Source: Balanoglossus misakiensis
Taxonomy: Eukaryota; Animalia; Hemichordata
NCBI GenBank assembly: GCA_040954595.2
Contig: CM082585.2
Location: 138,814-202,813 of the forward strand
DNA: 64,000 nucleotides
Direction of reading: 5' to 3'
The notes beneath the pieces were generated by a model that saw only the letters and a program-made list of their open reading frames with translations, made no database searches and was not told where the DNA came from. How positions within the stretch are numbered: position 1 is the first letter of the stretch; the number at the start of each line of letters is the position of its first letter. The position numbers were made by a program, and so were the translations under genes. Shown here piece by piece: positions 50,013-63,590 of this stretch.

Positions 50013-50200
50013 CTGAAAACAAGTCTGCTGGTCCTAGTAACTTCTCACCAAACACCCAGGTGTAACAATCCAGTGCAGCTAACAGCCAGTCATACCACTT
50101 CATTGCCAGCTTGACAGAAAATGTCTCTGCCATGCTCTCCATAGTTGGGTGTTTAGAAATCCCAGTCCTGTGTCCAGCCTTTCCACCTCCAGATTCAAAT
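50013..50200 (-). pseudogene. PRKDC: PRKDC exon
   Basis: cag|FESGGG..GISKHPTM..FSVKLAMKWYDWLLAALDCYTWVFGEKLLGPADLFS|gt. Confidence 0.9.
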
Positions 50201-51397
50201 CTGTCAACAATAAACAGTAAACAGGACTGAGTAATCACAATTGGTGATGGACTGGATTTCAGCAGAAATGAAAAAAAATGTTCTGAAAGATCAAACAAAG
50301 AAATGTGTAAACAGTCAAACATTGTCATCTGTGTCAATCTACCTACAGGTAACATGACTACAGGAGCTTCAGCCAAGCCAAGCTTTTCACTTGGGAGATT
50401 ATTGAAATCAATTTAAAACTCAGTAACTCCAACTTCGGGTTATTTTCTCAATACTTTTGTTTTGGTGGTCACCTTTCATTGAACAATGAATGGGCAAGTG
50501 CTCGCTCACTTCTTCAGTGAATTTCATTGTTGATTTATCTTATCATAAAAACTTGGGCACCGCAGTCCTTTGGAAAAAAATATTCATGTGTGGTGATTTA
50601 AATCAATGATGCAAGAAGCAGAATTAATCACAGGATTAATGGCTTCTGATTGAAAAATACTAAATGCTTAATATGCCATATGCCGCACACAGAGTGATCA
50701 CATTAGTCAATTGGACCGCTGTTCCAAAGGACTAAAATGATTGCAACGTTTTAATATTATATTTATTTTACAAAAACTTGCATCTGAGCTTTACTTTAAA
50801 ATACTTCCATTTACTAGTAGTACAAGTACACATCAGTTAACATTGACAGCTAGGCATGATGTCATAGATGTAGGACTTCAAAATTGACATTCTAAACAGT
50901 GGGGGCGCTCTATCATAGTAGGTTTTAATGAACATGTGTATTTAATGTCGTGAATCAGATATATCGATGAAAACTGCGATTTTTCACATACGCTTATAGT
51001 TAAGGCATTTGCTGTATCTAGTCATATTACAGTAATACACCAGACATGTTCTTTTACTCAACTCAATGTATGTAAGTTCAATTTCTGACACACTCAGATT
51101 ACCCAAGTCCATGTGACCAACTCTATTGCAAGTATACAGACTTGAACTCCAGAAAACTAGTCACCTACAATACTTGAACTGGAGCCACATCCAAAACTTG
51201 ACTTTGAGATCTTTTATCAAATCAGTTTTCCTTTTAGAATTAGAATTCCCATGCAATTTTTGTGACAGAAGAAATAAAGAGATTCCCAGAAAAAAAAACA
51301 GTTTTCTCTTTAAAGATCCAACCTTACCATAGAAAACAAACGGGTTTAGACTGAACCATGGTGGTGATAGGGTTAAGCCAGAGCATGTATCAAAATA

Positions 51398-51556
51398 CAG
51401 TAAAACCTGTCTCAACCGAACCCTGTCGGGAAACCTGTCTATTCCAAAGATCAAACCCTTTGACATGGAACCACATGTTGAAAGAACCTCTTTAAATTGG
51501 ACACCTGCAATCTGAACAATTTCTTCAGTCCCTTTGGTGTTAGACGGGTTTGACTG
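51398..51556. mobile_element. TA-flanked pogo/Tc1-type MITE
   Basis: TA|CAGTAAAACCTGTCT ... AGACGGGTTTGACTG|TA. Confidence 0.7.
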
Positions 51557-52150
51557 TACTTGAAAGTGCAATTGAACAAAAATGCTAAAACTATAATTGC
51601 AGACAGTCAGTATATTTAGGCTGGGCATCATCTACATAGTTCCCAGAGTCAATACTGTCACAGTATTCCATTTCTCTATGTACCAAATTGTCATAAAACA
51701 TTGCTATGCAGTCATGTTACCCTTCCAAGACGCGAACACGAGGCCAGTTGGTTACAGAGTAAAAACTTGATGTCTTGTGTATCACCACTATAGTTGGGAC
51801 TTATGTTCGACAGCCACATTTTATTGTAAGGTCAGTTTTACACGCAACTTGTATCATGTATAAACAAACTAGATGAGCTCGAGCAGTACTCTACTGACCG
51901 CCTTTTTCACATTGTCTGCATTGAGATGACACTTTATTTTGGAAGGCTGCCCTCTTTATGAAAAATGTCATGATTGTGTTACACGTAAAACAGACAGAAA
52001 TCAACACAACAGCTGTCAAACCTGCTCATTATGGCTAGTGAAGGGACTTTTCTAAACTGGCCTTTATAGATAGGTGGCCATTATACCTTGTAGAAAAGTC
52101 AATTAATGTAGATGTAAATTGCACAGGGACTAGAATAAAGTGGCCACTAT

Positions 52151-55100
52151 TAGTGTGGTATGATGTGTATTCCCGTAGGATTTTTTTGTGCTAAAATTGA
52201 TTTTTTTGCTGTTTTGGCTTCTATGGGGACCCAACTACCCGAAAATGATGGGGTGCAATTTTAAGGGCCCCTCCATCATATTTTTCTGGGGGGGGGGGGG
52301 GGGTACTTCCGTTTTGTGGTATGATGTGTTATCCTATAGGATTTTTGTGCTAAAATTGATTTTTTGCTGTTTTGGCTTCAATGGGGACCCAACTACCCAA
52401 AAATGATGGGGTGCAATTTTTAGGGCCCCTCCATCATTTTTTTTTCGGGGGGTCACTCCCGTTTTGGCCTCCCTGAAGATATTTATTCACCTATCTACTC
52501 CATTTTCGTAGAATTTTCTGCTAAATATTTTTTTTGCTGTTTTGACTTAAATTGGGACCCACCTGGTCACAAAAGATCACATGCAAATTTAGGGCCCCTC
52601 TATTACATTTGTGGGGGGGGGGGGCACTTCCGTTTCGACAATCTTAACGGTATTTGTTCACCTATTTCGTGTATTCTCTGATGCTGATAGTTATTTGTTT
52701 TGTTTGCTGTTTTGGTTTCAATGATGAATAAACATCCCCAAAATGATGGAAATCAATTTGTCTGACCCCTCCATCACATTTTCTTGCAGGGGGGTCACTT
52801 TAGTTTTAGCAGCCCTGGAGATATTTGTTCATTGAGCTAACCTTCATAGTGTGACATGTGAATTTGTAAAGGATTTCTTCCAATTTCCTTTTTTTAACTT
52901 CTATGGGGCTGCTCAAAAATGAGGGAGGTCAAATTTTAGGGCCTCTCCACATTTTGGCAATCTCAAATATTAGACGGTTTATGGGGTAAACATATCAGTT
53001 ACCTACATTTGTATCAGTTGTCGCATATACTAAAGCGCTATCTTAGTTTTATAAATATACTTAGTTGATTTATGACACTAACAAATCAACCACAAATATC
53101 TCTCTGGTTTGGACTTAGCATAAGATACCTCCCCTCACCTTGGACCGCCACCCAACTCATCACCACACTCATGTTTTCTATGGTTTACAAAAGTAAAGTA
53201 GGCTATACCAAATAGTATAATATATTAGGGTTGCACTTTTTTCTCTTTCCCGGGGCAATTAGTGGAAATCTGTGTAGATGTGAACTTTTTCGTTAAGAGT
53301 TGTTTATTCTTTCGTAGCACAATCAATGTCTGAGATATTTGCCATTGTACTAAAATTCTCACTGATATCAGTCTGTGCAAAAACTCTGAAGTACGTTTTA
53401 GTTCAACACTTGTATTTTGGGGTATTAAAATGATATTCAGTTGAACTCATTTCAAAGTTAAATACTGTCGTAAATAAAGCCTGTGAAGTACATATCAGTT
53501 GAAGTATTGTCTATTTTAAAGTAGTATTTTCAAACTTTTCACGCCAATAGCGTAATAGTGCTGTAAAAAGCCCTTGAACTATGTCTTACTTCTAAAACTT
53601 GTTTTTGGTAAACATTAACAATATCAAATTTGGCTCATTTTGAAGCTCAATACTACTGAAAATAAAACAAGTCTGTGAACTATATCTCAGTTTTATTACT
53701 AAATACATATTGGCTATTTTCTTAGCACCGTAAGCCGCGTATTACGTTCCAGATCGATAGATATTTGGACATTTTGCAATAAACTACTGAATTAATTTTA
53801 AAGATAAAAACAAGATTTGCGTGATCTGTGAAAAGGGTGCCACCCCTTCATCACAATGAGGGATAAATCATATGCAAAAAATTGTCCTGAACTTCCACCA
53901 ATCGAAAAGAATGGGTGGAAATCAGAGAATGGCGTGTTTTATCCAGTAAAATGTCTTGCTCTCCCAAAGGCAGTACTAGAGCTTATCAAATGTGGCTGCA
54001 AAGCAGGTTGTAGGGGACGTTGCAGTTGCTCAAAGAATGATTTACCATGTACTCCCTCTGCAAATGCTATGGTGGAGACTGAAAACCAATTAAGGGAAAA
54101 TTTTCTTGAAGATAACGACACTGACGATGAGTAGATCAAACAGAACTTTTTTTGTGTGAAAATGATCATTGAGAATACCAAGATATCAGAAAAGAATCGT
54201 TATGCTTCTTGGGTTGTTTATTGCACCTTCCGTGGTAGGGAGGGTGCCTCAAGGGTTCATTTTATGAGATGGGACTGTAGCTCGGAAAATAAACTAAAAT
54301 ACACATTATGTACTTTATTATATATAAAGGAGTCTTAATTTACCTTAGTATACTAAATTTAGAATAAACGAAAAAATCTACGATTAAAAAACAACTGTTA
54401 CAACGGGTTGGCGAAAACAAATATAAGGAACCCCCCCCCCCCCCCCTACCAAAAAAATGTGGTAAAGGGGTCCAACATTTTGCACACCATCACTTTTCGG
54501 CAGTCAGTTTGCATTCAAGGAGCAAACCAAATTGCAAGAAATACCACGACAATACTAACCGTATAGTAAATAGGTGAACAAGTATCTTCAGGGTGGCTAA
54601 AACAGAAATGATTACCCCCCCAAGACATGATGGAAGGTTCCAAAAATTTGAATCCCATCATTTTAGTTCTGGTGGAGCCCCATTGAAACCAAAACATCAA
54701 AGAAAAATAATATTTTTAGCAAAATATTCTATGAGAAGGGAGTAAATAGGCCAACAAACAACTTCGGAGTGGCCAAAATGGAAGTGCCCCCCCCCCCCCA
54801 ATAAAAAATGATGGGGGGGGGGGGGGGGGGGGGGGGCCTATAATTTGCACCCTATTATTTTTGGCCAGGTGGGTCCCCTCCAAAGCAAAAACAACAAAAA
54901 CAAATTAATTGTAGCCCAAATTCCCATGATAATAGAGTAAATAGGCCAACAAACAACTTCGGAGTGGCCAAAATGGAAGTGCCCCCCCCCCAAATAAAAA
55001 ATGATGGAGGGGCCCTATAATTTGCACCCGATTATTTTTGGCCAGGTGGGTCCCCTCCAAGGCAAAAACTACAAAAATAAATTAATTGTAGCCCAAATTC

Positions 55101-55457
55101 CCATGATGATAGAGTAAATAGGTGAACAAATAAACAAATATCCTCGAGTGACCACAACAGAAGAGACCCCCCGAAAAAAATTGATGGAGGGGCCCTAAAA
55201 ATTGCACCCCATGATTTTTGGGTAGTTGGGTCCCCATTGAAACCAAACAGCAAAAACAATCAATTTTAGCACAAAAATCCTACGGGAATACACATCATAC
55301 CACAAAACGGAAGTACCCCCCCAGAAAAATATGATGGAGGGGCCCTTAAAATTGCACCCCATCATTTTCAGGTAGTTGGGTCCCCATAGAAGCCAAAACA
55401 GCAAAAAAATCAATTTTAACACAAAAATCCTACGGGAATACACATCATACCACACTA
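52151..55457 (+). mobile_element. Internally deleted Academ element with long subrepeat-built TIRs
   Basis: TAGTGTGGTATGATGTGTATTCCCGTAGG ... CCTACGGGAATACACATCATACCACACTA; internal remnant 53856-54134 LPPIEKNGW..LELIKCGCKAGCRGRCSCSKNDLPCT (Academ Cys-rich C-terminus). Confidence 0.8.
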
Positions 55458-55633
55458 ACAGGTTTGACTGTATGTTGATCCTTGTCATGAATAGCAGACA
55501 TTTACCAATGACTGTACAATATATGATTTCAGTGTCACATATACATGTATAAGACACTAAGTACTAACCCATACATCTTACTTTCTCTCCAAATAGTAGA
55601 TACTCACAAACGCATGTATGTTGAATCCTGGTC

Positions 55634-55916
55634 TGGGGGAAAGTGTGAATGTCAGTTTCTGGCCACAAGAGGGCGCTGTCATTTTGGATCCATATCATAA
55701 AATGGCCGCCATGGGTCAATGCATAAGTGTACCAAGTTTCAGGCTTTTAACCCGAAGTGCACGGTTTTTAAGTATGAATGTCTGTTTCTGGCCACTAGAG
55801 GGCGCTGTCATTTTGGATCCATATCAGAAAATGGCCGCCATGGGTCAATGCATAAGTGTACCAAGTTTCATGCTTTTAACCCAAAGTGCACGATTTTTTT
55901 GTTAACTGCCCCACTA
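55634..55916 (-). mobile_element. Solo terminus of the 1.16-kb Academ-like family
   Basis: Reverse complement of 22618-22900. Confidence 0.85.
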
Positions 55917-57478
55917 TATCCCAGAATGCCCTACAGGGTTGGCATAGAAATTGATAAACTCTTCACCTAAAATTTCAAACTCGTAGATCTTAATTATATA
56001 GATTCTCACACTCCTGGCATGCTGAGAGTGTGGGATCAGAGTGTAAGAACAAATCAATCCCACACACTCAGTCTCACTGAATCGAAAGCTGTATATGACG
56101 CGAGCGCTGATTGGATGACAAAGCGTTTTTTTAATAACGTGCGCTAAATGTTATCCAATGACAGGATAAAGAAACTACAACATGCCAGATGACAACTCAA
56201 GAGTCATTTATTCAATGTTTTAAGACGAATTTGGCTAATTTGTGCCCGTGTGAGAAATATAATCTCATACACAAAGGACCTAGGATCATATTTCCCACAC
56301 TTGTCAGGGATATTTTGTCCCACATTCGCCTGCAGCTCCTGTGGGACAGAAAATCCCCAAGTCATGTCAGAATTATGACCCCTAGTCCTTGGGAGTGTGA
56401 GATTCTATTAATCTCACAACCTTAGGACCTGGGATAAGATTTCTCAGATGAGTTGGTGATATTTTTGCTTGTGTTAGTCAACATATACCTGATAAGTGTA
56501 AAAAATTGCATCAAGGACACAGTGGTCCCATTCAGTCTACACGGAGTACATATACACAGTCAGATCGCATGGTGCTCATTTGCATATGAAAGTTCATCAA
56601 GCGAGCGACCGTTAACTTTCAAACAGACTGCAATAGGCCAATTTTCAAGGTGATTTTCAATTTGATTTTTATAAAATACCATGTTAGCTGGATAAATTAC
56701 GAAAGTGATTCCCATTTTTCACTGCAGATGTAAATTTTATGAAAATCTGTCGGTAATAGTAGAAGTTTTTAACGTGTTTTCGGTGGTATGTTGGTGACCC
56801 CGAAAGAGACGTCCACAAACATGTCAAAAATCATTTGAAAACGACCTCGGAAGTTAACCAAACTTTCCTGACAGAGAGGTCTAATATCGGTCCCGACATC
56901 CGTGAAAAGAAATTAATTCGAAATGCTTGTGTAAAAGTCCGCTTAAAAATAATCGATGTCGTTCGACGATATAACCCGGAAGTATACGTTGACCTCTCCG
57001 GCTCCATGTTAGCCTTGTAAATACGGAAGTGTTGCGTTGATCGTGAAACGATACGTTTACCGTGGGGAAAACAGCTTTTGAAAGGCAATTCTTAAGTAAA
57101 ACAGTTACTGGATAATGTATAACACCCTAAGGTAACGTATTAGCCAAGTTTTAACTTAATTACTAGCCTGATTTCAACACAACATCGATCTATTGCCTAC
57201 AAATGTAGGTCCCATATGGACAGAATGCCAGTTTACCATACATGACTACGTACGTGTGAGGAGCTCAGCTGGTGTATTTTTTTCTCCGTATCATGGCCTG
57301 GGATATAAGTAGACGTTTCGAGAATGCAAAATGCCAACTGTAACTTCAAAACCATTTCCCTTTATTCGCTGATGATATATGCAATAAATATTTGTGTCTG
57401 AAGGCAAGCAATTTTTGTTGTCATCATTGCATTGGGCTGAACAGGACAGAGTTTGAGCTGATCAGCTGACTTCAAATT

Positions 57479-58270
57479 TCAATTTGGAACATACAATTTG
57501 ATCATATCAGACAGATATGATGGTCCAAGTCTATGAATGAATTCAAAAATAAGAAATAAAATCTTGAAAACAATACAATCAGACACAGGTAACCAATGCA
57601 ACTGAAATTGCATTGATGTAAAAGGTGATTTTGGAACTAGCAGCAATATTTTGAACTTGAATACGGCTGATCTAGTACTTAGGGAGCCCAAATAAAAGTG
57701 AATTACATGAATCTATTCGAAATGCAACAAAAGAAGGAACTTTATTGCTCTGTGGCGGCTTGAGATAAATATTTACAGACAAGTGCAATATGCTGCAAAT
57801 GAAAAGCGACTGAATGGCAGATCTGTGCAATCATTGTCAGACAATGAACAGGTTTCAGAGCATCGCATGAATTTCTGTAATCCCTCTGGCAGATAGATTA
57901 CCCGAAGTAGCAGAAAAATAACAAATTCAGTCTTATTGTTATTTAAACACAAGACATTTTCAGACATTCAGTACCGACATCAGAAATACAACGTTCTAGA
58001 TTTGAAAGCATTCTGGGAGCATTCTTCTTGGTAAAAGACAATGAAGAGCCATCTGCATAAAAGCTATGTACAGGCATCCATGACTAGAAACTAATTCACC
58101 TAATGGAGAAGTGTACATATTAAAAAGTATAGGACAAAGAACTGATCCCTGTGTCAAGCGGATAAAATGGTGATTGTTTGGAATACGGTTACAGTAACCA
58201 TGTCTGAAATTAACACATACACACAGGGTGCGATTGGAAAGGTACGACTGAAATCACAATAGGGCTGCAA
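57479..58270 (-). mobile_element. L2/CR1-group LINE reverse transcriptase remnant
   Basis: QGSVLCPILFNMYTSPLG, YADG (degenerate YADD), LCLNNNKTEF, LHWLPV..FKIL; many disruptions. Confidence 0.8.
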
Positions 58271-58448
58271 CCCACAAAAGACCAATCAATTTCATTGATG
58301 ATTCATTAAATGTCATCACAGTCACCATCATTGGAATCACAATCACCATTCTTTGAATTATCAGTTTGTTTTTCTTCCGTCCAGTTATATTCATCAGTCA
58401 GTTCGTCAAAGTCAGAATCAGTCTCGTAAATATTTCCCTCTTCTTCTC

Positions 58449-59720
58449 TTAAAATGTCAAATTCATGTGACTCCTCCTGTAAAATTGCATCAATGCTATT
58501 TTCCATATTATGATGTTCAGTATCAGTGATGGTGATTCTAATAGTGGTGACTTATCTGTATATTTTGGGCATACCCCATACTTTTTCGATGTGGTACAGA
58601 ATCCAGGGTTCCCATTATGTGGATTACTGCAGTCATTGCATTGACACGCAGGGCCACAACCATTGTGGGTCTTATAACATTTACAACATCTGCTATTACA
58701 AGTTGGCATCTTTTTGCAGCCACACCCTTTTGTTAGCAACTCCAAATTATTTTTCACTTTTTCTAAATTGGCATCACTGTCCCAAATAATATCAAGTTCG
58801 CCGTTGCTTAGTCTGTATCCATAATTATTGAATAAGGGAAACGTAACATGGCACTGATCGGCCTGGGACCATAACTGAGAGACCCAGCATGATCTTTTCC
58901 AGTGCAGTTGTAGGGCTTCAAAGGAAGGGATACATTCTTCCTCATACTGGATACGTGGCCAAATTGTTTCTCGTTTATATGTAAGCCATTTGATGTGGTT
59001 ATCTTTAAGACTGTTAGTGACACTGGCTACTTGTCGATAAAGTTCAAAAGGATGAGATGCATCAAATGCTTGGAAATGTTTCTTAACATAAACACTACCT
59101 TTTAAACGTATGAAAGCGAAAATTCCATTCCCTACACTGTCTACTGTTGTGTCTATCAGTGTTCCAGGTATAAGGGTGCCACTAGTTATAAATTCAGAGT
59201 ATTGAAAAAAATGTTTTGTAGAAAGATATCTTTCCGATGCCTGCAAAGTAAAGTCACAACCTGTGCATATGAACACTGTTTGAAATATTTTGCATACATA
59301 TTGGAGGGGAATATGTTGCAAATCAGGGTCTAAATTTAAATCTGATTTGAATTGATTCATGTCTAAATAAGTGAGATTGGATAAATCATTATCCAGTTGT
59401 ACAAATATCTCCTTTTGAACATGTTGATATAGTACTGGGAGGAGAACATGATAAGTATCGGTATCAGGGGAGTAAATAACACCTTTCTTGTAAGAGGACT
59501 GAACTGCATGAAGGATGCATCTACTGTCAGCTTCTTCATGACAACTTTTGGCTTCCCACTCAGACACAATTCCATTACTACCGACGAAAAGACTCTTGTC
59601 CCTATTTTCCCCATCAAAGCCACCTGCTGTAATGAGGACATGATCACCTTGCAGAGCCGGTACAATTATTTTTAAAGATGTGGCTGACAAGAAGTTCACT
59701 AGTTTTCTCTTGTTTGGCCT
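58449..59720 (-). pseudogene. Academ XPG/FEN1-like nuclease plus Cys-rich finger segment
   Basis: 416-aa open segment with HEEAD, SPDTD, GCD, PSFEALQLHWKRSCWVSQLW and a terminal Cys cluster. Confidence 0.8.
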
Positions 59721-60479
59721 ACAATGAATGTATGTTTTGAGCTAATATTATTGATTTCCTATTTTTTATGCATTTGTTTGTATTTTCCATGTTGGTAAAA
59801 AGTCTTCATTTCTGAAAGTGATGGGCTTACTTCTTTTAAATTTAGTATGAAGCTTCCCAATTGTTGTCTGAGTAACCATAGTTTTGTTCAAATTGTTGCA
59901 AAATTTGCATATTTATAATTTTGAGCAATATTTGCCATTTTTGGTCATTTTTTTTCTTTAAAACCGCATGCCAGATTGCTTTGCAATTTGGTAGGCATGT
60001 TCGTAGGTGTAACCCAAATAATATGTTGTAAAAAATGTGATATTTTCATAAATGTGTTATCGGGGAAACTTTTGCAATTTTTGTCAAAAATTGTTTTCCT
60101 GAAACTGCTTGTCATATTGCATTGAACTTTGGCAGCATGTTCCTTGTAGTGGTTGAAGTAAGGTATTGTACAATTTTGTGTTTTTGCCACTTTTGAACAA
60201 ATATTTTTTTGTGAAACTGCTTGTTGATTGCTTTGAAATTTGTTTTTTCTCTGATTGCTTTGAAATTTAGGATATAATTTCATAACACATACATGTATAT
60301 GTGCAACTTTTATTCAATTCTGATATCAGAAATATTCAATATTTAGCGAGTTTTTTCTCCTAAACCAATTGTCCAGTTGTTTTGAAAGTTACTGTTTACA
60401 AGGAGTTGTTACCCCCAACTTAGACATGTTTACATAACTTCAATATGCCAGCTGTTAGAGAGACCATGGGCTATTAAAT

Positions 60480-60790
60480 TTTTTATTACCAGTGGCAGGT
60501 CAGTGTGTGTGTCTGTCTGTCTGTCTGTTTCAGGGCTGACTGAAAGAAGTTGCTTCTCATATGTGTTTGTACAGACAATTTTTGGTCAATGTTTTTTCTA
60601 GCACTACTTGTAAGACTGTCATGACACATGACAGTTTATTGGGCATGCTCCTTGTTATATTTTTTACATTCCAAATTTCTATATCGCAAGATCATATCTG
60701 CTTGCAATGTCACCTGTAATTTTTATTCTGGTGTGTCACTGTTTCCGCATAATCCTCAAATGGGACCACAGTGTCCTTGACGCTATTCTT
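60480..60790 (-). mobile_element. HINE family A head inserted in Academ
   Basis: Reverse complement of 16143-16445. Confidence 0.7.
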
Positions 60791-61376
60791 TGCTGGGTCA
60801 TCTGAAAATATATTAGTTAGCTCCCTGGCGGTATTAAGTGGTGAAAATACATCAGCACCTTCAAGACAATTGATATACAACCTGCAGTTTGACTCATGTA
60901 TTTTATGTACACTAACTGAATTATGGGTTTCATTTTGGAAAGGAAATAACAGATCTTTTAGATTCTTGGCAGCCATAGCTCTATAGGGTAAATAAATTGC
61001 TATTCTCTCCATTAACCCACCTGTAGAAGTATGCAATGCAGCTTTAACATCTTTATTGACGCACATTTCAAGGGCTTCATCTAGTGCTACATTAACCCAA
61101 GTTGAGCCTGACAAATTGCAAACAAAACCACCTGCTTTGAAATGTAACAACAGAGAGTTTGGCATCTTCAGAAGGTCAGCAAGATGTCTGGGAATTAACC
61201 TCAAGTACAGGGATCGGTCATATGCATGGAACAGTGGGTTCATTTTTTTCAAAGCCGATATTCGAAGGTTCCAATTTCCTGACCTTATTGCAATGTACAA
61301 AGACATGTATGCAAACAAATCTTCCTCTATAAATCTAACCCAAAATTTGAAAGTTTTGTCTGTATTTGCCCTTCTG

Positions 61377-62009
61377 CACAGTACGTGAAATATCCCATAA
61401 TTCATTCTGATTTGAACAATCAGAGATTACTCAGTCAAACCACGCAAAGTTCACATGTGTAGAGAGAATTGTAGACCACTAATAGAAATTTTGAGATCTT
61501 ACTTTTAAGGTGAATGTTATTGTCAATTACCATTTCAAATGATTTAGAAAATTATGTATTATTGAGAGAGAAGATACGAATTTTATAAAATAATCAAGCA
61601 ATTGCATAGGCAGCCATACCAAAAAGTTTGGAGTAAAACAGGGACACTTGAAACACCTGTTTAATCAAACAAAAAGATATTGACATTTTCTTTTGACAGA
61701 ACAATAGAAATTTACATGTTAACTTTCAACAGAGACTGGCCACCTCAGTCAATCATTGCTTGTTTCCTCATTGCTTGTTTCCTCCAAAGTGTGGCATTTG
61801 CAGTACATGAATACTTTGATTCTTATTGCTTTTAAATTTTGATTTTGGAATTTTCACTCTAATTCCTCAATTTACTTTTCCTAGATAAACATAAATAGAT
61901 TTATATGTACTTCATATCATTCTTAGTATCTAAAACAGAAAAAGTTATTAAATGGGCAACCTTCAATGATACAAATCATGGAGAATTGTGGGTAAAATAT
62001 CGTACTGTG
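61377..62009. mobile_element. Transib-like non-autonomous element
   Basis: TTCTG|CACAGTACG ... CGTACTGTG|TTCTG (5-bp TSD); removal restores the Academ frame FCDRRANTDKTF. Confidence 0.85.
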
Positions 62010-63114
62010 TTCTGTCACAAAAAATCTGAAATTCCTCTTGCAAGCGAGTAAGTTGAGCCTTAAGGTCACCATGAATTTTGTCAATATGATCAGCTTTATC
62101 TTCAGTACATTCCAAAGATTTTGTGACAGCTTCTAGTAAACATTTTTGGACTGTTTCTGTATTTAAGGGACAGTGCTGGGTATTATGGGTTTCACCCCTC
62201 TTATTCAAAAAGGAATTGACAACACATCTAAACATACTTTCCCAAATTTGTGTTAGGAAGCGATGAGTTAGCTTGAAATTTGTACACTGTACTAGGGTTT
62301 CCAAAGTTCCCCCTTTATGATTGCACCCTGCCAGATGTTTTAGGCCAGCATCCCAGAATATTTTCATGATGACTGGTTGGTAATTTTTTAGAGTGTGCCA
62401 GTCTCTGATAAAAGGCTGCAACCAGTCTAAATTTGCACCATACATGTCTTTTAACTTTATCAGGTGATGGAAAGTTTTCCCATCACCAACCACAACCAGG
62501 TATTTTATTCTTACACCAACTCTGAATGTAACATATACAGCTTATTGATAATGTTATGGACAGTTTCAATGGTGTCTGCGTGTTCACTTGATATGCCCAA
62601 ATAAATGACATTTGAGCATTCACTGTCATTACTGTTAGCATTTGTTGCTAATGTTGATTTAAAATCCCCAAAAACTGTTTCTATATCCGCTCTGTGCATT
62701 GCATTTTTCTGTAGAGCAAAAAAGAATTGTCAGAAAACAGTTCTGACCAAGCAATGGCTTCTTCTTGTTTAATGTCAAAATCTGACAGCGAAATTGATGA
62801 CCGTGGTTGATGTTGTCTCAGTAGAGGTGGTTTAAATACTACATTATCATGAACAGTATCATCGGATTTTTTTTCTCCGTAAATGTACAGGCTTTTCTCA
62901 CAGGTGCAACCAAACCTGTACCAGTATTTTTTAGATAGATCTGTCAACCATGATTTTAGTATTATTTCCACAAATTGCCAAAAATTTCATTCATTTCAGA
63001 GTCTACTGTATTTTGTGAACAAAAGCCACTGTTTAATTCCTGCCACCGTTCAAATGAATTCCGTGCATTTTCACTCACCAGACTATCTTTACTTTTAATT
63101 AACTGCCTGTTAAG

Positions 63115-63590
63115 AAGCAAATCATAATGGCCTGGTTGACCTGGCCTGTCTGGTGTGTACAAGAGACAGACAGGCTCAGTCTTGGAGAACACATCACCAT
63201 CACCTCTTGCAAATATATCATTCTGCTTGGTGTATATATGTAATGGACATTTTGCAACATACACTACAGATAACATTTCTGGCATACCAGCATATTCATC
63301 TGCCTTTTCCATACATTGTGTTCTGTGCAAAATGTCCATATAACGAGTGCCGTCTAACAGGACATCAAGTTGTGCATCATCCATTCCTTCAAAGTATATA
63401 TGATTGGCACGCATTATGTCTACTGTATCTGCTCTTAACTTGTCTGCGAATATTTTCTCTCGGTCAGCTAAAATTGGGTCAGAAGGGAGTCCACTAGGTA
63501 GATGATCGCAATTTTGCAATGCAATATCATTTCTCACAGAGATGCTCCTGAAAAAGCACCTTCCATCACCATATATGTTGATTAGCTTAA
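63115..63590 (-). CDS. OTU-like cysteine protease domain within the Academ transposase frame
   Basis: IYGDGRCFFRSIS ... YAGMPEM ... LLY..GHYDLL, inside ORF 62962-63855. Confidence 0.85.

Larger units (their letters stand above)
25708..50200 (-). pseudogene. PRKDC: Unprocessed partial pseudogene of DNA-dependent protein kinase catalytic subunit
   Basis: Nine spliceable exons recognisable as DNA-PKcs HEAT-region sequence, with a stop, several frameshifts, a broken acceptor and a missing internal block. Confidence 0.85.

Noticed and set aside
50200-62014. Functional link between PRKDC and the RSS-like MITE (proto-V(D)J system)
   Set aside because: PRKDC is disabled, no RAG ORF or nonamer is present, and proximity in a repeat sink is expected by chance
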